In this document: in pieces, positions 11,398 to 23,800 of the stretch
Layout of the letters: each line of letters starts with the position of its first letter
How positions within the stretch are numbered: position 1 is the stretch's first letter
Assembly (NCBI GenBank): GCA_002189035.1
Contig: NEEC01000238.1
Span: forward strand, 1-42,883
Direction of reading: 5' to 3'
Source: Utricularia gibba
Taxonomy: Eukaryota > Plantae > Magnoliophyta
Length of the DNA stretch: 42,883 nt
Program-made: the position numbers and the translations under genes
Notes under the pieces: generated by a model
Seen by the model: only the letters and a program-made list of their open reading frames with translations
What the model was told of the DNA's origin: nothing
The model's database searches: none

Positions 11398-13891
11398 TGC
11401 GATTGACAAAACATTTTGGGTGCTCATGAAATCCTAACTTCAATAACTGCATCACGATTTTCGTCGAGTAGGACCAGATTGGCAAAGGAGACAGACCGAA
11501 CCTTGGGTCAGAACGAAGTTCACAACGACATCACCCGCCCAAAAACGACAAGCTTTTCCTTGAGAAAACCATTGAGGCAGCCTATTAAAACCAACGTTAA
11601 TAAATGCATCAAGTTTTTTGCCGAGCTACAAATGACTATGGGCCCGAGCTCGACTCGACCTCCTGCTCGATACCGTTGCCCCACGAGAGCCTTATCAAAT
11701 ATAAAGCATGCGGTTGAGAAAACCATTTTGGGTGCTCATGAAATCCTAACTTCAATAACTGCATCACGATTTTCGTCGAGTAGGACCCGATGTGGCAAAG
11801 GAGTCAGACCGAACCTATGGTCAGAACGAAGTTCCAAAAGACATCACCCGCCCAGAAACGACAAGCTTTTCCTTGAGAAACCATGTAGGCAGCCTATTAA
11901 AACCCAACGTTAATAAATGCATCACTTTTTTTGACAGGCTAAAAATGACTCTGGGCGAGCCCGACTCGACCTTTTGCCCGATACCGTGCCCCACTAGAGC
12001 GCCTCCTCAACTACAAAGCATGCGATTGACAAAAGCATTTTGGGTGCTCATGAAATCCTAACTTCAATAACTGCATCACGATTTTCGTCGAGTAGGACCA
12101 GATTGGCAAAGGAGACAGACCGAACCTTGGGTCAGAACGAAGTTCACAACGACATCACCGCCCCAAAAACGACAAGCTTTTCCTTGAGAAAACCATTGAG
12201 GCAGCCTATTAAAACCAACCGTTAATAAATGCATCAAGTTTTTTGCCGAGCTACAAATGACTATGGGCCCGAGCTCGACTCGACCTCCTACTCGATACCG
12301 TTGCCCCACGAGAGCACCTTATCAAATATAAAGCATGCGGTTGAGAAAACCATTTTGGGTGCTCATGAAATCCTAACTTCAATAACTGCATCACGATTTT
12401 CGTCGAGTAGGACCCGATGTGGCAAAGGAGTCAGACCGAACCTATGGTCAGAACGAAGTTCCAAAAGACATCACCCGCCCAGAAACGACAAGCTTTTCCT
12501 TGAGAAACCATGTAGGCAGCCTATTAAAACCCAACGTTAATAAATGCATCACTTTTTTTGACAGGCTAAAAATGACTCTGGCGAGCCCGACTCGACCTTT
12601 TGCCGATACCGTGCCCACTAGAGCGCCTCCTCAACTACAAAGCATGCGATTGAAAAAGCATTTTGGGTGCTCATGAAATCCTAACTTCAATAACTGCATC
12701 ACGATTTTCGTCGAGTAGGACCAGATTGGCAAAGGAGACAGACCGAACCTTGGGTCAGAACGAAGTTCACAACGACATCACCCGCCCAAAAACGACAAGC
12801 TTTTCCTTGAGAAAACCATTGAGGCAGCCTATTAAAACCAACGTTAATAAATGCATCAAGTTTTTTGCCGAGCTACAAATGACTATGGCCCGAGCTCGAC
12901 TCGACCTCCTACTCGATACCGTTGCCCACGAGAGCACCTTATCAAATATAAAGCATGCGGTTGAGAAAACCATTTTGGGTGCTCATGAAATCCTAACTTC
13001 AATAACTGCATCACGATTTTCGTCGAGTAGGACCCGATGTGGCAAAGGAGTCAGACCGAACCTATGGTCAGAACGAAGTTCCAAAAGACATCACCCGCCC
13101 AGAAACGACAAGCTTTTCCTTGAGAAACCATGTAGGCAGCCTATTAAAACCCAACGTTAATAAATGCATCACTTTTTTTGACAGGCTAAAAATGACTCTG
13201 GGAGCGAGCCCGACTCGACCTTTTGCCCGATACCGTGCCCCACTAGAGCGCCTCCTCAACTACAAAGCATGCGATTGACAAAAGCATTTTGGGTGCTCAT
13301 GAAATCCTAACTTCAATAACTGCATCACGATTTTCGTCGAGTAGGACCAGATTGGCAAAGGAGACAGACCGAACCTTGGGTCAGAACGAAGTTCACAACG
13401 ACATCACCCGCCCAAAAACGACAAGCTTTTCCTTGAGAAAACCATTGAGGCAGCCTATTAAAACCAACCGTTAATAAATGCATCAAGTTTTTTGCCGAGC
13501 TACAAATGACTATGGGCCGAGCTCGACTCGACCTCCTACTCGATACCGTTGCCCCACGAGAGCCCTTATCAAATATAAAGCATGCGGTTGAGAAAACCAT
13601 TTTGGGTGCTCATGAAATCCTAACTTCAATAACTGCATCACGATTTTCGTCGAGTAGGACCCGATGTGGCAAAGGAGTCAGACCGAACCTATGGTCAGAA
13701 CGAAGTTCCAAAAGACATCACCGCCCAGAAACGACAAGCTTTTCCTTGAGAAACCATGTAGGCAGCCTATTAAAACCCAACGTTAATAAATGCATCACTT
13801 TTTTTGCAGGCTAAAAATGACTCTGGGCGAGCCCGACTCGACCTTTTGCCGATACCGTGCCCCACTAGAGCGCCTCCTCAACTACAAAGCA

Positions 13892-14826
13892 TGCGATTGA
13901 CAAAAGCATTTTGGGTGCTCATGAAATCCTAACTTCAATAACTGCATCACGATTTTCGTCGAGTAGGACCAGATTTGGCAAAGGAGTCAGACCGAACCTT
14001 GGTCAGAACGAAGTTCACAACGACATCACCCGCCCAAAAACGACAAGCTTTTCCTTGAGAAAACCATTGAGGCAGCCTATTAAAACCAACCGTTAATAAA
14101 TGCATCAAGTTTTTTGCCGAGCTACAAATGACTATGGGCCCGAGCTCGACTCGACCTCCTACTCGATACCGTTGCCCCACGAGAGCACCTTATCAAATAT
14201 AAAGCATGCGGTTGAGAAAACCATTTTGGGTGCTCATGAATCCTAACTTCAATAACTGCATCACGATTTTCGTCGAGTAGGACCCGATGTGGCAAAGGAG
14301 TCAGACCGAACCTATGGTCAGAACGAAGTTCCAAAAGACATCACCCGCCAGAAACGACAAGCTTTTCCTTGAGAAACTATGTAGGCAGCCTATAAAGCCG
14401 AACGTTAATAAATGCATCAATTTTTTTTGCCGGGCTACAAATGACTCTGGGCCGAGCTCGACTCGACCTCCTGCTCGATACCGTTGCCCCACGAGAGTGC
14501 CTTATCAAATAAAGCATGCGGTTGAGAAAACCATTTTGGGTGCTCATGAATCCTAACTTCAATAACTGCATCACGATTTTCGTCGAGTAGGACCCGATGT
14601 GGCAAAGGAGTCAGACCGAACCTATGGTCAGAACGAAGTTCCAAAAGACATCACCGCCCAGAAACGACAAGCTTTTCCTTGAGAAACCATGTAGGCAGCC
14701 TATTAAAACCAACGTTAATAAATGCATCACTTTTTTTGACGGCTAAAAATGACTCTGGGAGCGAGCCCGACTCGACCTTTTGCCCGATACCGTGCCCCAC
14801 TAGAGCGCCTCCTCAACTACAAAGCA
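13892..14826 (+). repeat. X-Z-Y trimer (also at 19147-20058 and 20683-21609)
   Basis: Three monomers lie between Y/X markers. The middle one has Z alleles and GAGAGTGCC, and the leading X carries GGAGTCAG instead of GGAGACAG in all three cases. Confidence 0.75.
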
Positions 14827-17800
14827 TGCGATTGACAAAAGCATTTTGGGTGCTCATGAAATCCTAACTTCAATAACTGCATCACGATTTTCGTCGAGTA
14901 GGACCAGATTGGCAAAGGAGACAGACCGAACCTTGGTCAGAACGAAGTTCACAACGACATCACCCGCCCAAAAACGACAAGCTTTTCCTTGAGAAACCAT
15001 TGAGGCAGCCTATTAAAACCAACCGTTAATAAATGCATCAAGTTTTTTGCCGAGCTACAAATGACTATGGGCCCGAGCTCGACTCGACCTCCTACTCGAT
15101 ACCGTTGCCCCACGAGAGCCTTATCAAATATAAAGCATGCGGTTGAGAAAACCATTTTGGGTGCTCATGAAATCCTAACTTCAATAACTGCATCACGATT
15201 TTCGTCGAGTAGGACCGATGTGGCAAAGGAGTCAGACCGAACCTATGGTCAGAACGAAGTTCCAAAAGACATCACCCGCCAGAAACGACAAGCTTTTCCT
15301 TGAGAAACCATGTAGGCAGCCTATTAAAACCCAACGTTAATAAATGCATCAATTTTTTTGCCAGGCTAAAATGACTCTGGGCGAGCTCGACTCGACCTTT
15401 GCCCGATACCGTGCCCCACTAGAGCGCCTCCAACTAAAAGCATGCGATTGACAAAAGCATTTTGGGTGCTCATGAAATCCTAACTTCAATAACTGCATCA
15501 CGATTTTCGTCGAGTAGGACCAGATTTGGCAAAGGAGACAGACCGAACCTTGGGTCAGAACGAAGTTCACAACGACATCACCCGCCCAAAAACGACAAGC
15601 TTTTCCTTGAGAAAACCATTGAGGCAGCCTATTAAAACCAACGTTAATAAATGCATCAAGTTTTTTGCCGAGCTACAAATGACTATGGGCCCGAGCTCGA
15701 CTCGACCTCCTACTCGATACCGTTGCCCACGAGAGCACTTATCAAATATAAAGCATGCGGTTGAGAAAACCATTTTGGGTGCTCATGAAATCCTAACTTC
15801 AATAACTGCATCACGATTTTCGTCGAGTAGGACCAGATTTGGCAAAGGTCAGACCGAACCTTGGGTCAGAACGAAGTTCACAACGACATCACCCGCCCAA
15901 AAACGACAAGCTTTTCCTTGAGAAAACATGTAGGCAGCTATTAAAACCAACGTTAATAAATGCATCAAGTTTTTTGCCGAGCTACAAATGACTATGGCCC
16001 GAGCTCGACTCGACCTCCTGCTCGATACCGTTGCCCCACGAGAGCGCCTTATCAAATATAAAGCATGCGGTTGAGAAAACCATTTTGGGTGCTCATGAAT
16101 CCTAACTTCAATAACTGCATCACGATTTTCGTCGAGTAGGACCGATGTGGCAAAGGAGTCAGACCGAACTATGGTCAGAACGAAGTTCCAAAAGACATCA
16201 CCCGCCCAGAAACGACAAGCTTTTCCTTGAGAAACTATGTAGGCAGCCTAATAAAGCCGAACGTTAATAAATGCATCAATTTTTTTTGCCGGGCTACAAA
16301 TGACTCTGGGACGAGCTCGACTCGACCTCCTGCTCGATACCGTTGCCCCACGAGAGCCTTATCAAATATAAAGCATGCGGTTGAGAAAACCATTTTGGGT
16401 GCTCATGAAATCCTAACTTCAATAACTGCATCACGATTTTCGTCGAGTAGGACCCGATGTGGCAAAGGAGTCAGACCGAACTATGGTCAGAACGAAGTTC
16501 CAAAGACATCACCCGCCAGAAACGACAAGCTTTTCCTTGAGAAACCATGTAGGCAGCCTATTAAAACCAACGTTAATAAATGCATCACTTTTTTTGACGG
16601 CTAAAAATGACTCTGGGAGCGAGCCCGACTCGACCTTTTGCCGATACCGTGCCCCACTAGAGCACTCCTCAACTACAAAGCATGCGATTGAAAAAGCATT
16701 TTGGGTGCTCATGAAATCCTAACTTCAATAACTGCATCACGATTTTCGTCGAGTAGGACCATTGGCAAAGGAGACAGACCGAACCTTGGGTCAGAACGAA
16801 GTTCACAACGACATCACCCGCCAAAAACGACAAGCTTTTCCTTGAGAAAACCATTGAGGCAGCCTATTAAAACCAACCGTTAATAAATGCATCAAGTTTT
16901 TTGCCGAGCTACAAATGACTATGGGCCCGAGCTCGACTCGACCTCCTACTCGATACCGTTGCCCCACGAGAGCCTTATCAAATATAAAGCATGCGGTTGA
17001 GAAAACCATTTTGGGTGCTCATGAAATCCTAACTTCAATAACTGCATCACGATTTTCGTCGAGTAGGACCCGATGTGGCAAAGGAGTCAGACCGAACCTA
17101 TGGTCAGAACGAAGTTCCAAAAGACATCACCCGCCCAGAAACGACAAGCTTTTCCTTGAGAAACCATGTAGGCAGCCTATTAAAACCAACGTTAATAAAT
17201 GCATCACTTTTTTTGACAGGCTAAAAATGACTCTGGGCGAGCCGACTCGACCTTTTGCCCGATACCGTGCCCCACTAGAGCGCCTCCTCAACTACAAAAG
17301 CATGCGATTGACAAAAGCATTTTGGGTGCTCATGAAATCCTAACTTCAATAACTGCATCACGATTTTCGTCGAGTAGGACCAGATTGGCAAAGGAGACAG
17401 ACCGAACCTTGGGTCAGAACGAAGTTCACAACGACATCACCCGCCAAAAAACGACAAGCTTTTCCTTGAGAAACATTGAGGCAGCCTGTTAATAAATGCA
17501 TCAAGTTTTTTGCCGAGCTACAAATGACTATGGGCCCGAGCTCGACTCGACCTCCTACTCGATACCGTTGCCCCACGAGAGCACTTATCAAATATAAAGC
17601 ATGCGGTTGAGAAAACCATTTTGGGTGCTCATGAAATCCTAACTTCAATAACTGCATCACGATTTTCGTCGAGTAGGACCGATGTGGCAAAGGAGTCAGA
17701 CCGAACCTATGGTCAGAACGAAGTTCCAAAAGACATCACCCGCCAGAAACGACAAGCTTTTCCTTGAGAAACCATGTAGGCAGCCTATTAAAACCCAACG

Positions 17801-20800
17801 TTAATAAATGCATCAATTTTTTGACAGGGCTAAAAATGACTCTGGGAGCGAGCCGACTCGACCTTTTGCCCGATACCGTGCCCACTAGAGCGCCTCCTCA
17901 ACTACAAAGCATGCGATTGACAAAAGCATTTTGGGTGCTCATGAATCCTAACTTCAATAACTGCATCACGATTTTCGTCGAGTAGGACCAGATTGGCAAA
18001 GGAGACAGACCGAACCTTGGGTCAGAACGAAGTTCACAACGACATCCCCGCCAAAAACGACAAGCTTTTCCTTGAGAAACCATTGAGGCAGCCTATTAAA
18101 ACCAACCGTTAATAAATGCATCAAGTTTTTTTGCCGAGCTACAAATGACTATGGCCCGAGCTCGACTCGACCTCCTACTCGATACCGTTGCCCCACGAGA
18201 GCCCTTATCAAATATAAAGCATGCGGTTGAGAAAACCATTTTGGGTGCTCATGAAATCCTAACTTCAATAACTGCATCACGATTTTCGTCGAGTAGGACC
18301 CGATGTGGCAAAGGAGTCAGACCGAACCTATGGTCAGAACGAAGTTCAAAAGACATCACCCGCCAGAAACGACAAGCTTTTCCTTGAGAAACCATGTAGG
18401 CAGCCTATTAAAACCCAACGTTAATAAATGCATCACTTTTTTTTGACAGGCTAAAATGACTCTGGGAGCGAGCCCGACTCGACCTTTTTGCCGATACCGT
18501 GCCCACTAGAGCCTCCTCAACTACAAAGCATGCGATTGACAAAAGCATTTTGGGTGCTCATGAAATCCTAACTTCAATAACTGCATCACGATTTTCGTCG
18601 AGTAGGACCAGATTGGCAAAGGAGACAGACCGAACCTTGGTCAGAACGAAGTTCACAACGACATCACCCGCCCAAAAACGACAAGCTTTTCCTTGAGAAA
18701 ACCATTGAGGCAGCCTATTAAAACCAACCGTTAATAAATGCATCAAGTTTTTTGCCGAGCTACAAATGACTATGGGCCCGAGCTCGACTCGACCTCCTAC
18801 TCGATACCGTTGCCCCACGAGAGCCTTATCAAATATAAAGCATGCGGTTGAGAAAACCATTTTGGGTGCTCATGAAATCCTAACTTCAATAACTGCATCA
18901 CGATTTTCGTCGAGTAGGACCCGATGTGGCAAAGGAGTCAGACCGAACCTATGGTCAGAACGAAGTTCCAAAAGACATCACCCCGCCAGAAACGACAAGC
19001 TTTTCCTTGAGAAACCATGTAGGCAGCCTATTAAAACCCAACGTTAATAAATGCATCAATTTTTTTGCGGCTACAAATGACTCTGGGCGAGCCCGACTCG
19101 ACCTGCCGATACCGTTGCCCACAGAGCGCTCCTCAAATATAAAGCATGCGATTGAAAAAACATTTTGGGTGCTCATGAAATCCTAACTTCAATAACTGCA
19201 TCACGATTTTCGTCGAGTAGGACCGATAAAGGAGTCAGACCGAACTTGGTCAGAACGAAGTTCCAAAAGACATCACCGCCAAAAACGACAAGCTTTTCCT
19301 TGAGAAACTTGAGGCAGCCTATTAAAACCAACGTTAATAAATGCATCAAGTTTTTTGCCGAGCTACAAAATGACTCTGGGCCGAGCTCGACTCGACCTCC
19401 TCGATACGTTGCCCCACGAGAGCACCTTATCAAATATAAAGCATGCGGTTGAGAAAACATTTTGGGTGCTCATGAAATCCTAACTTCAATAACTGCATCA
19501 CGATTTTCGTCGAGTAGGACCCGATGTGGCAAAGGAGTCAGACCGAACCTATGGTCAGAACGAAGTTCCAAAAGACATCACCCGCCAGAAACGACAAGCT
19601 TTTCCTTGAGAAAATGTAGGCAGCCTATAAAACCAACGTTAATAAATGCATCAATTTTTTTTGCGGGCTACAAATGACTCTGGGCCCGAGCTCGACTCGA
19701 CCTCCTGCGATACCGTTGCCCCACGAGAGTGCCTTATCAAATATAAAGCATGCGTTGAGAAAACCATTTTGGGTGCTCATGAATCCTAACTTCAATAACT
19801 GCATCACGATTTTCGTCGAGTAGGACCCGATGTGGCAAAGGAGTCAGACCGAACCTATGGTCAGAACGAAGTTCCAAAAGACATCACCCGCCAGAAACGA
19901 CAAGCTTTTCCTTGAGAAACCATGTAGGCAGCCTATTAAAACCAACGTTAATAAATGCATCACTTTTTTGACAGGCTAAAAATGACTCTGGGAGCGAGCC
20001 CGACTCGACCTTTTGCCGATACCGTGCCCCACTAGAGCGCCTCCTCAACTACAAAGCATGCGATTGACAAAAGCATTTTGGGTGCTCATGAAATCCTAAC
20101 TTCAATAACTGCATCACGATTTTCGTCGAGTAGGACCAGATTGGGCAAAGGAGACAGACCGAACCTTGGGTCAGAACGAAGTTCACAACGACATCACCCG
20201 CCCAAAAACGACAAGCTTTTCCTTGAGAAAACCATTGAGGCAGCCTATTAAAACCAACCGTTAATAAATGCATCAAGTTTTTTGCCGAGCTACAAATGAC
20301 TATGGGCCCGAGCTCGACTCGACCTCCTACTCGATACCGTTGCCCACGAGAGCCTTATCAAATATAAAGCATGCGGTTGAGAAAACCATTTTGGGTGCTC
20401 ATGAAATCCTAACTTCAATAACTGCATCACGATTTTCGTCGAGTAGGACCCGATGTGGCAAAGGAGTCAGACCGAACCTATGGTCAGAACGAAGTTCCAA
20501 AAGACATCACCGCCCAGAAACGACAAGCTTTTCCTTGAGAAACCATGTAGGCAGCCTATTAAAACCCAACGTTAATAAATGCATCACTTTTTTTGACAGG
20601 CTAAAAATGACTCTGGGAGCGAGCCGACTCGACCTTTTGCCCGATACCGTGCCCACTAGAGCGCCTCCTCAACTACAAAGCATGCGATTGACAAAACATT
20701 TTGGGTGCTCATGAAATCCTAACTTCAATAACTGCATCACGATTTTCGTCGAGTAGGACCAGATTTGGCAAAGGAGTCAGACCGAACCTTGGTCAGAACG

Positions 20801-23800
20801 AAGTTCACAACGACATCACCCGCCAAAAACGACAAGCTTTTCCTTGAGAAAACCATTGAGGCAGCCTATTAAAACCAACCGTTAATAAATGCATCAAGTT
20901 TTTTGCCGAGCTACAAATGACTATGGGCCGAGCTCGACTCGACCTCCTACTCGATACCGTTGCCCACGAGAGCACTTATCAAATATAAAGCATGCGGTTG
21001 AGAAAACCATTTTGGGTGCTCATGAAATCCTAACTTCAATAACTGCATCACGATTTTCGTCGAGTAGGACCGATGTGGCAAAGGAGTCAGACCGAACCTA
21101 TGGTCAGAACGAAGTTCCAAAAGACATCACGCCCAGAAACGACAAGCTTTTCCTTGAGAAACTATGTAGGCAGCCTATAAAGCCAACGTTAATAAATGCA
21201 TCAATTTTTTTTGCCGGGCTACAAATGACTCTGGGCCGAGCTCGACTCGACTCCTGCTCGATACCGTTGCCCACGAGAGTGCCTTATCAAATATAAAGCA
21301 TGCGGTTGAGAAAACCATTTTGGGTGCTCATGAATCCTAACTTCAATAACTGCATCACGATTTTCGTCGAGTAGGACCCGATGTGGCAAAGGAGTCAGAC
21401 CGAACCTATGGTCAGAACGAAGTTCAAAAGACATCACCCGCCCAGAAACGACAAGCTTTTCCTTGAGAAACATGTAGGCAGCCTATTAAAACCAACGTTA
21501 ATAAATGCATCATTTTTTTGACAGGCTAAAAATGACTCTGGGAGCGAGCCCGACTCGACCTTTTGCCCGATACCGTGCCCCACTAGAGCGCCTCCTCAAC
21601 TACAAAGCATGCGATTGACAAAAGCATTTTGGGTGCTCATGAAATCCTAACTTCAATAACTGCATCACGATTTTCGTCGAGTAGGACCAGATTTGGCAAA
21701 GGAGTCAGACCGAACCTTGGTCAGAACGAAGTTCACAACGACATCACCGCCCAAAACGACAAGCTTTTCCTTGAGAAAATTGAGGCAGCCTATTAAAACC
21801 AACCGTTAATAAATGCATCAAGTTTTTTGCCGAGCTACAAATGACTATGGGCCGAGCTCGACTCGACCTACTCGATACCGTTGCCCCACGAGAGCACCTT
21901 ATCAAATATAAAGCATGCGGTTGAGAAAACCATTTTGGGTGCTCATGAAATCCTAACTTCAATAACTGCATCACGATTTTCGTCGAGTAGGACCCGATGT
22001 GGCAAAGGAGTCAGACCGAACCTATGGTCAGAACGAAGTTCAAAAGACATCACCCGCCCAGAAACGACAAGCTTTTCCTTGAGAAACCATGTAGGCAGCC
22101 TATTAAAACCAACGTTAATAAATGCATCAATTTTTTTGCAGGCTAAAATGACTCTGGGCGAGCCCGACTCGACCTTTGCCGATACCGTGCCCCACGAGCG
22201 CCTTCAATACAAAGCATGCGATTGAGAAAACCATTTTGGGTGCTCATGAAATCCTAACTTCAATAACTGCATCACGATTTTCGTCGAGTAGGACCCGATG
22301 TGGCAAAGGAGTCAGACCGAACCTTGGGTCAGAACGAAGTTCCAACGACATCACCCGCCAGAAACGACAAGCTTTTCCTTGAGAAACCATGTAGGCAGCC
22401 TATAAACCAACGTTAATAAATGCATCAATTTTTTTTTTGCCGGGCTACAAATGACTGGGCCCGAGCTCGACTCGACCTCCTGCTCGATACCGTTGCCCCA
22501 CGAGAGTGCCTTATCAAATATAAAGCATGCGGTTGAGAAAACCATTTTGGGTGCTCATGAAATCCTAACTTCAATAACTGCATCACGATTTTCGTCGAGT
22601 AGGACCCGATGTGGCAAAGGAGTCAGACCGAACCTATGGTCAGAACGAAGTTCAAAAGACATCACCCGCCCAGAAACGACAAGCTTTTCCTTGAGAAACC
22701 ATGTAGGCAGCCTATAAAACCAACGTTAATAAATGCATCAATTTTTTTGCCGGGCTACAAATGACTCTGGGCCGAGCTCGACTCGACCTCCTGCTCGATA
22801 CCGTTGCCCCACGAGAGCCTTATCAAATATAAAGCATGCGGTTGAGAAAACCATTTTGGGTGCTCATGAAATCCTAACTTCAATAACTGCATCACGATTT
22901 TCGTCGAGTAGGACCCGATGTGGCAAAGGAGTCAGACCGAACCTATGGTCAGAACGAAGTTCCAAAAGACATCACCCGCCAGAAACGACAAGCTTTTCCT
23001 TGAGAAACCATGTAGGCAGCCTATTAAAACCAACGTTAATAAATGCATCATTTTTTTGACAGGCTAAAAAATGACTCTGGGAGCGAGCCCGACTCGACCT
23101 TTTGCCGATACCGTGCCCACTAGAGCGCCTCCTCAACTACAAAGCATGCGATTGACAAAAGCATTTTGGGTGCTCATGAAATCCTAACTTCAATAACTGC
23201 ATCACGATTTTCGTCGAGTAGGACCAGATTTGGCAAAGGAGACAGACCGAACTTGGGTCAGAACGAAGTTCAAACGACATCACCCGCCCAAAAACGACAA
23301 GCTTTTCTTGAGAAACCATTGAGGCAGCCTATTAAAACCAACCGTTAATAAATGCATCAAGTTTTTTGCCGAGCTACAAATGACTATGGGCCCGAGCTCG
23401 ACTCGACCTCCTACTCGATACCGTTGCCCACGAGAGCACCTTATCAAATATAAAGCATGCGGTTGAGAAAACCATTTTGGGTGCTCATGAAATCCTAACT
23501 TCAATAACTGCATCACGATTTTCGTCGAGTAGGACCAGATTGGCAAAGGACAGACCGAACCTTGGGTCAGAACGAAGTTCACAACATCACCCGCCAAAAA
23601 CGACAAGCTTTTCTTGAGAAAACCATGTAGGCTATTAAAACCAACGTTAATAAATGCATCAAGTTTTTTGCCGAGCTACAAATGACTATGGGCCCGAGCT
23701 CGACTCGACCTCCTGCTCGATACCGTTGCCCCACGAGAGCGCCTCCTCAAATATAAAGCATGCGGTTGAGAAAACCATTTTGGGTGCTCATGAAATCCTA

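Larger units (their letters stand above)
9542..20058 (+). repeat. Putative tandem duplication of a 17-monomer block (9542-14826 and 14827-20058)
   Basis: Both halves (5285 and 5232 bp) have the same order, XY-XPZY-XY-XY-XY-XY-XZY. Both also have six GGAGACAG X monomers followed by one GGAGTCAG X monomer. Some finer variants do not match between the halves. Confidence 0.55.
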
